NCBI GenBank assembly: GCA_963662315.1
Contig: OY759353.1
Span: 3,936,001 to 4,000,000 of the forward strand
DNA: 64,000 nt
Origin: Geopsychrobacteraceae bacterium
GTDB lineage: Bacteria; Desulfobacterota; Desulfuromonadia; Desulfuromonadales; Geopsychrobacteraceae
Direction: 5' to 3'
Under the pieces are notes generated by a model, which saw only the letters and a program-made list of their open reading frames with translations, searched no databases and was not told the DNA's origin. This document shows positions 21,143-30,922 of this stretch, in pieces. How positions within the stretch are numbered: the stretch's first letter is position 1; each line of letters begins with the position of its first letter. The position numbers and the translations under genes are program-made.

Positions 21143-22408
21143 ATGATGGAGACAGGGATACAGTCAGTACGAATCAATGGATCACGCCTGGAAGACCGCC
21201 TGTATGCTATGCGTGCGATCGGAAAAGCCGCTGGGGGTGGGGTAAGTCGCGAAGCGCTCAACGATGCAGATGTTGAAGGACGCCATCTTCTCATCCGCTG
21301 GTTTGAGGACGCTGGCTGCCAAATCCATATTGACGATATCGGTAATATTTTTGCCGTTAAAAAAGGCTTCGGGCAGGCATTGGCCCCAGTCCTCACGGGA
21401 TCGCATAATGACACGCAACCGAATGGTGGTCATCTGGACGGAACCTTGGGAATTTTGGCCGGCCTCGAAGTGATTGCAACCCTAAACGACCAAGGGATTA
21501 AGCATGCTCGCGATATCGTTGTCGCTATCTGGACCAATGAAGAGGGCACACGCTTTACGCCCGGCTGCACCGGATCTGGTGTCTGGACCGGCGTTCTGGA
21601 CAAGGATGCCATGTACCGTCTTCAGGACACCTCAGGGATTACCTTGCGTGAGGAACTGATCAGGAGCGGTTTTTTAGGCGCCGGACCTTTTGACCCTGGT
21701 CCTGTCTATGCCGCTTTTGAATTGCACATCGAACAGGGACCGGTGCTTGATGCAATGCACATCCCGATCGGAATTGTGGAAGGCATCGTTGCCCCTCACT
21801 GGTATAATGTCACCCTGACCGGAGAAGCCAATCATGCCGGCTCTACGCCAATGACGATGCGGCGCGACCCGTTGCTGGCCTTCTGCCGCATTGGGAACAT
21901 GCTTAATGACAGGGCGCATGCCTGCGAAAACCTGGTTGCTACGGTGGGCGAGATTCATGTCTCTCCCAATTCCAGAAATGTCATACCGGGGGCTGTTCGA
22001 TTTTCCCTAGATATCCGCGGCTGGAAGGAACAGCAGACCGAAGAGTTTTGTGCTCAAATTGAACTGGCGATACAGCAGATTGCCCAAGAATGTCGCTGTA
22101 CTGTGAATCTTGACAAAATATGGCATGAACAACGGACCGACTTTGACCCACGGCTTCGCCAGATAATAAGGGAAAGCTGTCAGGTGTTACAGCTTTCCAG
22201 CATGGAAATGCATAGCGGTGCTAACCATGACATGGTTTATGTCAGCCGGGTTGCACCCTCTGCAATGATATTTGTACCGAGTATTGGGGGGAAAAGCCAC
22301 TCCCCCGCAGAGAATACCGCTATCTCGGATTGCATTGCCGGAACAAACGTTTTATTCCAATCGATGGTCAGATGTGCCAATGAATACGAGCTTAAAAATG
22401 ATTGTTGA
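21143..22408 (+). CDS. M20 Zn-dependent amidohydrolase (allantoate amidohydrolase / N-carbamoylase family)
   Basis: GSHND, DG, NEEG.RF, ELHIEQG, HAG.TPM..R.D, SGANHD, G.SH. Confidence 0.88.
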   Translation: MMETGIQSVRINGSRLEDRLYAMRAIGKAAGGGVSREALNDADVEGRHLLIRWFEDAGCQIHIDDIGNIFAVKKGFGQALAPVLTGSHNDTQPNGGHLDGTLGILAGLEVIATLNDQGIKHARDIVVAIWTNEEGTRFTPGCTGSGVWTGVLDKDAMYRLQDTSGITLREELIRSGFLGAGPFDPGPVYAAFELHIEQGPVLDAMHIPIGIVEGIVAPHWYNVTLTGEANHAGSTPMTMRRDPLLAFCRIGNMLNDRAHACENLVATVGEIHVSPNSRNVIPGAVRFSLDIRGWKEQQTEEFCAQIELAIQQIAQECRCTVNLDKIWHEQRTDFDPRLRQIIRESCQVLQLSSMEMHSGANHDMVYVSRVAPSAMIFVPSIGGKSHSPAENTAISDCIAGTNVLFQSMVRCANEYELKNDC

Positions 22409-22445
22409 AGGATATAAACTTTCAGCAGACATGGAGATGACAGAC

Positions 22446-23093
22446 ATGAGCGAAGCGCATGGAAGTAGGAAAAAACGCCCTAATCTCGGGGATATCGCCT
22501 ACGATGAAATAAAGGAAATGATTCTCACTGGGGAGCTTCCCCCAGGGCAACGGCTTGTGCTTGATTCACTTTCTGAAACATTGAACTTGAGCGTAACGCC
22601 TATTCGCGATGCGCTCAACAAACTGGCCCAGGAAGATCTCGTGGTTATCAGACCGCGCACCAGTCACACCGTTGTTGAGATAGCCGCTGAAGATGCATCG
22701 GATATTCTCGATTTGCGCCTGATGCTTGAAGCCTATGCCTTGCAGACGGCGGGGGAACGGCTCGCAAGTTTCCCGGTTGCATATTTCAAACGTAGCTTCA
22801 ACAAAATTGGCGAATCTGGCGATCAAAAGGAGTTCATTGCCGTTGATCGAGATTTCCATGCCCAGATTCTGGCGCTGAGCTCTAACCGTCGCTTGCCTAA
22901 ACTGTATGGTTATCTGCAAAATCTGTTACAGGTTATCTCGATTCAGGCTATTCAAACGGAGGGACGTATCGACGAAGCCAATCAGGAACATCTTGATCTC
23001 CTCGATGCGATTGAAGCTGGCAATGTTATGGCCGCGATGGATGCCTTAAAAGATCATTTCGGTAAAATAAAGCAGGTCTTTGCTGAATTCTGA
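22446..23093 (+). CDS. GntR/FadR-family transcriptional regulator
   Basis: wHTH (S.TPIRDAL..L) plus FCD domain (D..FH, EH..L). Confidence 0.9.
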   Translation: MSEAHGSRKKRPNLGDIAYDEIKEMILTGELPPGQRLVLDSLSETLNLSVTPIRDALNKLAQEDLVVIRPRTSHTVVEIAAEDASDILDLRLMLEAYALQTAGERLASFPVAYFKRSFNKIGESGDQKEFIAVDRDFHAQILALSSNRRLPKLYGYLQNLLQVISIQAIQTEGRIDEANQEHLDLLDAIEAGNVMAAMDALKDHFGKIKQVFAEF

Positions 23094-23325
23094 CGCGATA
23101 GATTGTTTTCACATTAGCGCATTTTCGGGTTGCTTGTAGCAAACTGATATTCCTGTCTGATAATAGGAAAACCTCAAATTATCTGAGTTTTCTGCCCCTT
23201 CTCTACGGTGTTTCTGCGTCTGTTAGCTCATTTTGAGAATAACGACACTTTTTCTCTGGTTTATAGTCATTCCTTAAGTGTCTGAAAATAAAAGAGAAAA
23301 GCCAATTGGTTTTGTTGGAGCCATT

Positions 23326-23340
23326 TGGTTTGAATTTTGC
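23326..23340 (+). promoter_or_regulatory. possible sigma-54 promoter (-24/-12)
   Basis: TGGTTTGAATTTTGC, GG-N10-GC spacing, upstream of the Mo enzyme gene. Confidence 0.35.
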
Positions 23341-23403
23341 AGTCCATAATGCGTACTTATAGTTCATTATGTGGATCAAAATAAATCAGGAGGCGAAGAC
23401 AGC

Positions 23404-25659
23404 ATGAAAAAAGAATGGAAATCGCACAACGCTGATGGGTCCTACACGGTCAGGACCTGTGGTTGGTCACCACCAGGAGAACATCCGGTTGGTTGTGGCA
23501 TGCGGCTGACAGTAAAAGATGGTCGTCTGGTTGATGTTGAAGGAGATGAAGAGCATCCGATCACCAATGGTCGCTTGTGTGTCAGATGTCTTTCTCTACC
23601 GGAATATGTTCATCATCCAAAGCGTATTACGACACCAATGAAGCGCGATCCCAAAGATCGTGGGAAGAATGCCTGGACACCAATCAGTTGGGACGATGCC
23701 TGGGATATCATCATTCCCAAGATCAATCAGCTGAAACAGGATCATGGCGCCGAGTCGATCATTGTCTTTGGTGGCACTGGCCGTGAGGCGTGTCTTTATT
23801 ATTACCCGCTGGCCTTTGCTTCCATTGGTACTCCCAATGTCAGCCAGCCGATCAGCGGTTGGTCCTGTTATGGACCGCGCTGTGCTATTACTGACTTTAT
23901 CCTGGGAGCCGGTTATCCGGAGATTGACTTTGCGGGCAACTACCCCGATCGCTATGACAACCCGGCCTTCACCTTACCTAAGTATGTTGTAACCTGGGGG
24001 AAAAACCCTCTTTATTCCAATCCTGATGGTTTCTTTGGCCATTCCATCATCGATATGATGAAGCGGGGCACCAAGGTCATCTGTATCGATCCTCGTACAA
24101 CCTGGCTTGGCACGCGTGCCGAGTATGTCTGCCATTTACGCCCAGGGACCGATACCGCTCTGGCTCTTGGTTTCCTGAACGTCATTATCAATGAAGAACT
24201 TTATGATAAAGAGTTTGTTGAAAAATGGTGCTTCGGTTTTGACGAACTCAAAGAGCGGGTCCAGGATTATCCACCGAAAAAGGTCGCTGCTATTACCTGG
24301 GTTCCGGAATCTACCATCGTTGCAGTAGCGCGAATTATGGCTCAGGCCAAACCAACCTCCATCCAATGGGGTCTGGCCGTGGACATGAACCCCAATGGCG
24401 TTCAACTGGGACATTCAATTCTGGCCCTGACCGCGATCACTGGAAATCTTGATGTTCCCGGCGGTTTGACTCTGGGACCGCCATCGTCGTTGCTTGGCAA
24501 ATGGCGCATGGAGACCCGGCGTAACCTGACGGATGAGTTATGGGATAAGCGTCTGGGTGTCAAAGCCTGGCCGGCGGTCGGGGCCGCTATGGCGACAACT
24601 CATCCGGATGAGACTCTTGATACTCTGGAAAGTGGAAAACCCTATAAATTACGGATGGCTTGGATTAACAGTACCAACGTCCTCGCTCCCTCCAGTGCGG
24701 TTCAGCCACAGCGCTGGTACAACGCGCTAAAGGAGATGGAACTGATTGTTGTCCAGGATCTGTTTCATAATCCGACCACCATGGCGCTGGCCGACATCTT
24801 CCTGCCGTTACCGACCTTTGCCGAGCACAATGGCGTGGTTATTACCAACTACGGGCGTAATGCCATTTCTTTGGGTGCCATGAATGAGGCTTTGCGGGTT
24901 GGGGATACCAAATCGGATCTTGAAGTCTGCATGGAACTTGGCAAGCGTCTACACCCTGATATGTGGCCGTTTGAAACGGTTCAGGAGTTCTTCACCAATC
25001 AGTTGCAGCCGGAGCTTGGCATTGATTTTAACGGGCTCAGCGAACTGGGGGTATACCAGCCACCCTATACCTACAAAAAGTATGAGAAGGGGCTCCTGCG
25101 CAGCGATGGAGAGCCTGGTTTCAACACAGTAACCGGCTTGGTTGAGCTTAAATCGACGTTGTTTGAAACCTGGGGAGAAGATTCTCTTCCTTACTATCAG
25201 GAACCTCCTTACGGTCCGCTGTCATCTCCGGAATTGTTCCGGGAGTATCCTCTGATCCTGACCTCCGGTGCGCGCAAGCCGACTTCGTTCCATTCAGAGC
25301 ATCGTCAGATTGCCACGCTGCGTGAGATCGATCCTTTTCCAGAAGTTGAACTGCATCCAGAAACCGCAGAAAAGTTGGGTATTGGCCATGGAGACTGGGT
25401 CGAGCTGGAAAACATGCTTGGAAAATGCCGGATGGTGGCAAAGCTGACTCCTACTATTCATCCTAAAGTGGTTCATGCTGTTCATGGTTGGTGGTATCCG
25501 GAAAAAGAAGGGGAAGCTCCCAGTCTGTACGGGGTCTGGGATGCCAACCTGAATACCATGATTCCCCATAAAGCAATTGGCAAGCTTGGTTTCGGCGCTC
25601 CTTACAAGCAGATGATCTGTAGGGCAAAGCGGGTAGAGAGTTCAAGCATTCAAGAGTAA
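23404..25659 (+). CDS. cytoplasmic bis-MGD molybdopterin oxidoreductase catalytic subunit (catechol dehydroxylase-like)
   Basis: RTCGWSPPGEHPVGCG, GRLCVRC, SCYGPRC, PGTD.AL, FHSEHRQ, HGWW; no twin-arginine leader. Confidence 0.85.
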   Translation: MKKEWKSHNADGSYTVRTCGWSPPGEHPVGCGMRLTVKDGRLVDVEGDEEHPITNGRLCVRCLSLPEYVHHPKRITTPMKRDPKDRGKNAWTPISWDDAWDIIIPKINQLKQDHGAESIIVFGGTGREACLYYYPLAFASIGTPNVSQPISGWSCYGPRCAITDFILGAGYPEIDFAGNYPDRYDNPAFTLPKYVVTWGKNPLYSNPDGFFGHSIIDMMKRGTKVICIDPRTTWLGTRAEYVCHLRPGTDTALALGFLNVIINEELYDKEFVEKWCFGFDELKERVQDYPPKKVAAITWVPESTIVAVARIMAQAKPTSIQWGLAVDMNPNGVQLGHSILALTAITGNLDVPGGLTLGPPSSLLGKWRMETRRNLTDELWDKRLGVKAWPAVGAAMATTHPDETLDTLESGKPYKLRMAWINSTNVLAPSSAVQPQRWYNALKEMELIVVQDLFHNPTTMALADIFLPLPTFAEHNGVVITNYGRNAISLGAMNEALRVGDTKSDLEVCMELGKRLHPDMWPFETVQEFFTNQLQPELGIDFNGLSELGVYQPPYTYKKYEKGLLRSDGEPGFNTVTGLVELKSTLFETWGEDSLPYYQEPPYGPLSSPELFREYPLILTSGARKPTSFHSEHRQIATLREIDPFPEVELHPETAEKLGIGHGDWVELENMLGKCRMVAKLTPTIHPKVVHAVHGWWYPEKEGEAPSLYGVWDANLNTMIPHKAIGKLGFGAPYKQMICRAKRVESSSIQE

Positions 25660-25684
25660 CCGCAGTGAAAAGAGGATATGAATC

Positions 25685-26020
25685 ATGTCGAAAAACGGTT
25701 TGCTGATTAATTATCAATGGTGCACCGGCTGCCACAGCTGTGAAGTTGCCTGTAAAAATGCCCTTAAATTGCCCATCGGCAAATGGGGGATAAAACTGGT
25801 TGAAAATGGCCCATGGGAAGTAACCCCGGGAAAGTTTGAGTGGGACTACCTGGCGGTTCCTACCCAACTGTGTGATCTCTGTGCTGACCGGGTTGCGGCA
25901 GGGAAGAAGCCGTCCTGTGTCCATCACTGCCTGGCTCAATGTATGGACTATGGTCCGGTTGAGGAACTAGCGGCCAAGGCTGCTGAAATGGGTCCAAAAA
26001 CAACAATTTTCATCCCGTAG
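25685..26020 (+). CDS. 4Fe-4S ferredoxin-like small subunit
   Basis: CTGCHSCEVAC, CDLC, P.CVHHC...C. Confidence 0.9.
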   Translation: MSKNGLLINYQWCTGCHSCEVACKNALKLPIGKWGIKLVENGPWEVTPGKFEWDYLAVPTQLCDLCADRVAAGKKPSCVHHCLAQCMDYGPVEELAAKAAEMGPKTTIFIP

Positions 26021-26040
26021 AATCTGTTCTCGCGGTGAAC

Positions 26041-26088
26041 CGTCCTGGCCATGCTTGTGCCCCATCCTTTACAGGCATGGCCAGGACG
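26041..26088 (+). repeat. strong intergenic hairpin within the operon
   Basis: cgtcctggccatgcttgt ... acaggcatggccaggacg. Confidence 0.6.
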
Positions 26089-26146
26089 AATGATCTGCTA
26101 ATGCTGGCTCATGTAATATCATCAACTCGAAAGAAGGAGAAAAACG

Positions 26147-27397
26147 ATGTTTGAGCAACATTACAATCGATGGGCAATTCTGATCGCGGCAATTGTGACT
26201 AACATCTGCTGCGGTACTCTTTATGCCTGGAGTGTCTTTGCCAATCCTCTCGGGCAGCTATTTGGCTGGGCTCCACCAGCACTGGCTCTGGCATTCACTA
26301 TTAACCACGGCCTAAGTCCCGTGGCTTCAACCGCCGGTGGGTTTGTTCAGGATAAACTGGGGGCTAAAAATGGCATGATCATCGGTGGTCTGATGTTTTC
26401 CATTGGTCTGATTCTGACCGGGACAGTTTCCAGTGTCGGTATGTTGTACCTGACCTACAGTGTTCTGGCGGGCACTGGCGGAGCCTTTATCTACTGCGCC
26501 AATCTCGGAAATACGGTTAAATTTTTCCCTGATAAACGTGGCCTGGCTTCAGGTTTATGTGCGGCGGGTTACGGTTGCGGAGCCATGATTGTTGCCCCTA
26601 TTGCCAGTGCCCTGATTATCAAATTCGGTGTGCTGACCACGTTCCAGATTCTGGGAGCTGTGTTTTTTGTCATTATTGCTATTTGCAGCACTGTGGTCAA
26701 AAGAGCTCCGGCCGGCTATAAGCCCGAAGGCTGGGAACCACCAGCTGTCAGTGTCAACAAGACCGGTGAGGTGAACATCCTCTGGCATAAAATGATTCGT
26801 GACATCGTCTGGTGGATGGTGCTGATGATGATGTTCTGCGGTACCATGTCAGGTCTGATGATTCTGGCCCATGCGTCACCAATCGGTCAGTTGATGTATA
26901 AACTGACACCGATGAAAGCTGCATTCTTCGTCAGTGTCATTACTCTGGCAAACGCAATCGGACGGATCGGTTTTGGCGGAGTGTCCGACAAGATTGGTCG
27001 TTCCAATACGATTATGGTTATGTACGTGGTTTCCGCCGTATCTTTGCTTAACCTGGCATTTACGCATAGTGTAGCAGGTTTTGTTGCCTCAGGAATCGGC
27101 GTTGGTGCCGTCTTCGGTGGTTTCATGGGAACCATGCCTGGCATTATCAGCGAACGTTATGGCCTGAAAAACTTTGGCGTTAACTATGGGATTACCTTTG
27201 TTGGTTTAAGCATGGCGGCTTTGACCGGTCCTTTATCTGCTGCAAAAGTTCGTGTTGCGACCGGATCCTATGATAACGCGTTTCTGATCGCTCTCGGGGT
27301 CAATGTTGCCGGTTTGGTTTTCGCTGCCGTTTACCGGGCTTTGGATAAACGTTCCACCAATGAACTCCCGGCCGGGGCAAAAGCAGTCGGTTCATAA
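26147..27397 (+). CDS. MFS transporter, oxalate:formate antiporter (OFA) family
   Basis: YAWSVF, KFFPDKRGLASG, SDKIGR, YGLKNFGVNYG; 12 TM. Confidence 0.9.
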   Translation: MFEQHYNRWAILIAAIVTNICCGTLYAWSVFANPLGQLFGWAPPALALAFTINHGLSPVASTAGGFVQDKLGAKNGMIIGGLMFSIGLILTGTVSSVGMLYLTYSVLAGTGGAFIYCANLGNTVKFFPDKRGLASGLCAAGYGCGAMIVAPIASALIIKFGVLTTFQILGAVFFVIIAICSTVVKRAPAGYKPEGWEPPAVSVNKTGEVNILWHKMIRDIVWWMVLMMMFCGTMSGLMILAHASPIGQLMYKLTPMKAAFFVSVITLANAIGRIGFGGVSDKIGRSNTIMVMYVVSAVSLLNLAFTHSVAGFVASGIGVGAVFGGFMGTMPGIISERYGLKNFGVNYGITFVGLSMAALTGPLSAAKVRVATGSYDNAFLIALGVNVAGLVFAAVYRALDKRSTNELPAGAKAVGS

Positions 27398-27445
27398 TCC
27401 TTCACAGTCAAGATATCAGTGTCCTCAGCATTTAGTGCTGATTTG

Positions 27446-27472
27446 GCCGGGCGAAAGCCCGGTCTTTTTTTT
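27446..27472 (+). terminator. rho-independent terminator
   Basis: gccgggc-gaaa-gcccggt followed by T run. Confidence 0.8.
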
Positions 27473-27685
27473 GGTCCGGAGAAACCTCTTGATGCTTGTG
27501 CAAAAACCAAATGTGTGGGTGATTTTTATGGAAAGCTGCCATTTGATAATTAGGAAGAGTTTGCAGCAGGTTGACAGAACAGATGCGTGGTTGCAGGAGT
27601 TGCAGATTTTTGGTCTTGTTGGTAGATTGCTCAGGGTTTACTTAGATCGTATCTTTTATGAAGTATTATCGCGTGGAGGGCTGTC

Positions 27686-28441
27686 ATGTCGATGGCGTCG
27701 TCGGTCAAAATGTTCAGAGTTCTTGAATGCCTGTGTCAGGAAGGTCCGGCAAAAGCGGTAACCTTAAGCAAAATTCTCGATTTGAATAAAAGTTCGATTC
27801 ATCGATTTTTGAATGCTTTGATGGAAATGGGTTATGTTGTTCAGGATGAGGACTCCGGGCTGTACTCTGCAGGGCTGAAAATCTATGAAATGGGCGCTCA
27901 GGTTAAAAATCGCCTGGGGATATCGCAAATCGCTGCTCCTATTTTACGGCGTCTTCAGGTTGAGGTAAACGAAGCGGTCAATCTTGGAGTTCTGCAGAAT
28001 AATGAGATGCTGACTCTTGAGCGTTTTACTCCGGATGACATGAGTGTAAAAATTGTGGTTAAGGCAAAGTTACCTGCCTACTGTACGGCACTGGGTAAGA
28101 TATTGCTGGCGCATCTGGATCAGAACAGTTTTGAAAAATATCTTGCTGAAACAGAGCTGCGTGCATTTACCCGCAGAACGGTCACAGATCCTGATAAATT
28201 CAGGCAGATGATTGCGCAGATAAAGGTGGCCGGAATTGCTGTTGATGATCGCGAACTTGACGAAAATATTCTTTCTATAGCCACTGCGGTGCGTGACGAA
28301 ACTGGCATTGTCGTTGCGGGAATGTCGGTAACCGCATCGCCAATACGTTTGTCCGGGGCTAAACTTGAGGAAGCCAAACTAAAACTGCTGGCGGCTACGA
28401 AAGAACTGTGTTGTGCCCTGGGAAATGTCAGCAGTTGCTGA
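27686..28441 (+). CDS. IclR-family transcriptional regulator
   Basis: KSSIHRFL..L...GYV, PAYCTALGK.LLA, DDRE. Confidence 0.92.
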   Translation: MSMASSVKMFRVLECLCQEGPAKAVTLSKILDLNKSSIHRFLNALMEMGYVVQDEDSGLYSAGLKIYEMGAQVKNRLGISQIAAPILRRLQVEVNEAVNLGVLQNNEMLTLERFTPDDMSVKIVVKAKLPAYCTALGKILLAHLDQNSFEKYLAETELRAFTRRTVTDPDKFRQMIAQIKVAGIAVDDRELDENILSIATAVRDETGIVVAGMSVTASPIRLSGAKLEEAKLKLLAATKELCCALGNVSSC

Positions 28442-28821
28442 GGTTTTTGTGCAACTGGGCAGCGTTCCCGTGAATAACTCAATAGAAAACAAACCGCCGA
28501 CGGGTGCCAGAGATTCTCTGACGCCCGTCGGATAGATAGTCCGGTTTGATGACCTTTATAATTTCTTAAGTCTTGTCACTATTGCTGAAGCGCAGAGTTC
28601 TTTTATAGTTAACCAGGTGAGCTTTTTCTAGAGCAGACATGTAGGTTACAAAAATATCGAGAGCTTTGATTACTTTAGCAGCCATGGGAATCTCCTTTTC
28701 CTTGATTCGTTAAGATGAGCAAAACATAGCATGATGATTTTCTCGTGAGGTAGTGCTCCATCGCTAATGCCCTTATCGCATTTCGGCAAGAGAGGTGTGG
28801 GGAAAATAGGCGAGGGCTACC

Positions 28822-28850
28822 TTGACAAGGAATTATGACTATATTAGTTT
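28822..28850 (+). promoter_or_regulatory. sigma-70 promoter for the marR-pirin-nitroreductase operon
   Basis: TTGACA-17 bp-TAGTTT. Confidence 0.55.
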
Positions 28851-28879
28851 GATATTTAATGATTCGATATGGAGACGCT

Positions 28880-29356
28880 ATGCCTATTTCTTTTCATGGC
28901 AGTAAAAACGAAAAAGATGCCCTGAGCACGTATGTAAAACTGGTGCGGGCTTGTGAAACGGTGACTGCTGCAACCCACCGGCATCTGGTCGATAAAAAGC
29001 TGACTGTTTCCCAGTTCGGGGTACTTGAAACCTTGTACCACCTTGGCCCCTTATGCCAGGCTGAAGTTGCCAAGAAGAATCTGAAGAGTACCGCCAATAT
29101 GACGACGGTTGTTGATAACCTGGAAAAGCGTGGTTTGGTTGAGCGGGTACGCAGCAGGGAAGACCGCAGGTATATTACTCTTCATCTGACCGATGCAGGG
29201 TTGCAGCTGATTGCAGAAATTTTTCCTGTCCATGTGCAGTCCATGGTGAAAGGGTTCAGTGTGTTGACTGCAGATGAACAGCAACAGTTGGCCGAGCTGT
29301 GCAAGAAGTTGGGAATTTCGAACCAGATAAACTGTTCAAGAAGGAGCAGACCATGA
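28880..29356 (+). CDS. MarR-family regulator
   Basis: LTVSQFGVL, VVDNLEKRGLVER...EDRR...LT. Confidence 0.92.
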   Translation: MPISFHGSKNEKDALSTYVKLVRACETVTAATHRHLVDKKLTVSQFGVLETLYHLGPLCQAEVAKKNLKSTANMTTVVDNLEKRGLVERVRSREDRRYITLHLTDAGLQLIAEIFPVHVQSMVKGFSVLTADEQQQLAELCKKLGISNQINCSRRSRP

Positions 29357-30048
29357 TTACCGTGCGCAAATCTCAGGATCGAGGTCATTTTGTATCTGAC
29401 TGGTTAGAGAGTTATCATACGTTCTCTTTTGCGACATATCATGACCCTGATCAGATGGGGTTTCGCTCTCTGCGGGTTATTAACCAGGATCGCGTAAAGC
29501 CAGGAGGTGGATTTCCCCTCCACCCTCATAAGGAGATGGAAATTCTGTCTTTTGTGCTTGAAGGGACCCTCAAGCACGAGGACAACCTGGGGCATGAAGG
29601 ACTTATCCACGCCGGTGAAGTGCAGCGTATTTCTGCCGGAACCGGCATTATGCACAGCGAGTATAATTCATCAGACACTGAGGAGGTTCATTTTCTGCAG
29701 ATCTGGATAGTGCCTGCTGAGCAGGGGCTAGCCCCGTCTTATGAAAGTAAGTCCTTTGAGCCGAAAGAGCCGAATTCTTTGCAGCTACTCGCTTCACGAG
29801 ATGGCCGGTACGGATCGGTTGTTGTGCACCAGGATCTTTCTCTGTATTCCGGCACGTTGGAGTCAGGGCATTCGTTGCCATATCATTTAGTCGTTGGCCG
29901 CCACGCCTGGATCCAGGTCACTTCTGGAGACCTGGAGGTCAGCGGGCATCTCATTGCAGCAGGAGACGGTGCCGCCGTCAGTGAAGAAACAGTTATTGGC
30001 CTTTCTACCCCAGGCCGGGCAAAGTTTCTTCTTTTTGATCTGGGGTAA
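29353..30048 (+). CDS. pirin-family protein
   Basis: HTFSFA.Y, LRVINQD, HPH.EMEI, SAGTGI.HSE, LQIWI. Confidence 0.93.
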   Translation: MITVRKSQDRGHFVSDWLESYHTFSFATYHDPDQMGFRSLRVINQDRVKPGGGFPLHPHKEMEILSFVLEGTLKHEDNLGHEGLIHAGEVQRISAGTGIMHSEYNSSDTEEVHFLQIWIVPAEQGLAPSYESKSFEPKEPNSLQLLASRDGRYGSVVVHQDLSLYSGTLESGHSLPYHLVVGRHAWIQVTSGDLEVSGHLIAAGDGAAVSEETVIGLSTPGRAKFLLFDLG

Positions 30049-30082
30049 GCAAATTTTTGTTACTCACAAAGGAGTTAATTTT

Positions 30083-30685
30083 ATGAAAACCGATTTCTGG
30101 AACGCGGTAAAACAGAGAAGAACCTATTATTCCCTGAGCAAAGACCAGGTAACCAGCGATGAGAAAATCGAAGAGATTGTCGGGGAAGCAATAAAGCATG
30201 TTCCATCCTCCTTCAACTCCCAAAGTTCCCGCGTGGTGATTCTTCTCGGTGAACAGCATGACCGGTTGTGGGATATCACCAAGGCGGAACTCAAGAAGTT
30301 GATGCCGGCTGAAAATTTTCAGGCCACTGAGGATAAAATCAATGGCGCTTTCCGTAGTGGTTACGGCTCAATCCTGTATTTTGAGGATCAGCAGGTTGTT
30401 GAAGCATTGCAGCAAAAGTTTCCCCTTTATGCTGATAATTTTCCAATCTGGTCAAATCATTCCTCAGGGATGCTGCAATTTGCTATCTGGTCTGCCCTGG
30501 AAATGGAAGGGTGGGGGGCCTCATTGCAGCATTACAATCCGGTGATTGACGCTGCGGTAAAAAGTACCTGGGGGATTCCGGATAACTGGAAGCTGATTGC
30601 CCAGATGCCGTTTGGTAAACCGACTGCTGCGCCGGGAGAAAAAGAATTCTTACCCTTGTCTCAGCGCTTGAAACTGTTCAAATAA
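30083..30685 (+). CDS. nitroreductase-family protein
   Basis: RRTYY, PSSFNSQS, GASLQHYNP, AQMPFG. Confidence 0.9.
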   Translation: MKTDFWNAVKQRRTYYSLSKDQVTSDEKIEEIVGEAIKHVPSSFNSQSSRVVILLGEQHDRLWDITKAELKKLMPAENFQATEDKINGAFRSGYGSILYFEDQQVVEALQQKFPLYADNFPIWSNHSSGMLQFAIWSALEMEGWGASLQHYNPVIDAAVKSTWGIPDNWKLIAQMPFGKPTAAPGEKEFLPLSQRLKLFK

Positions 30686-30922
30686 GCAGGCTCGGCAAGT
30701 CTGTCATTCAGATTCTGCAGGCTGGACAGGATCAACCGTCTGCAGAACCTGAATGAGTGTCCTACACTGTGTATGCACTCACCTGATAACTTTATTACCG
30801 CTAATAGATCACCAAGCCGGTTTTCAGCTAACTTTAGTTAAGGGACTGCTTTCTGTTATAATTCAGGCTAACTGGCTTAAGCCAATTCCAAAATGACTCG
30901 TTTATTTTTAGTAGGTGAAATT

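Noticed and set aside
28496..28532. Intergenic hairpins here and at 30704-30756 as members of a REP family
   Set aside because: The sequences are unrelated to each other and to the 54-57 kb repeat; more simply terminators or mRNA-stabilising stems
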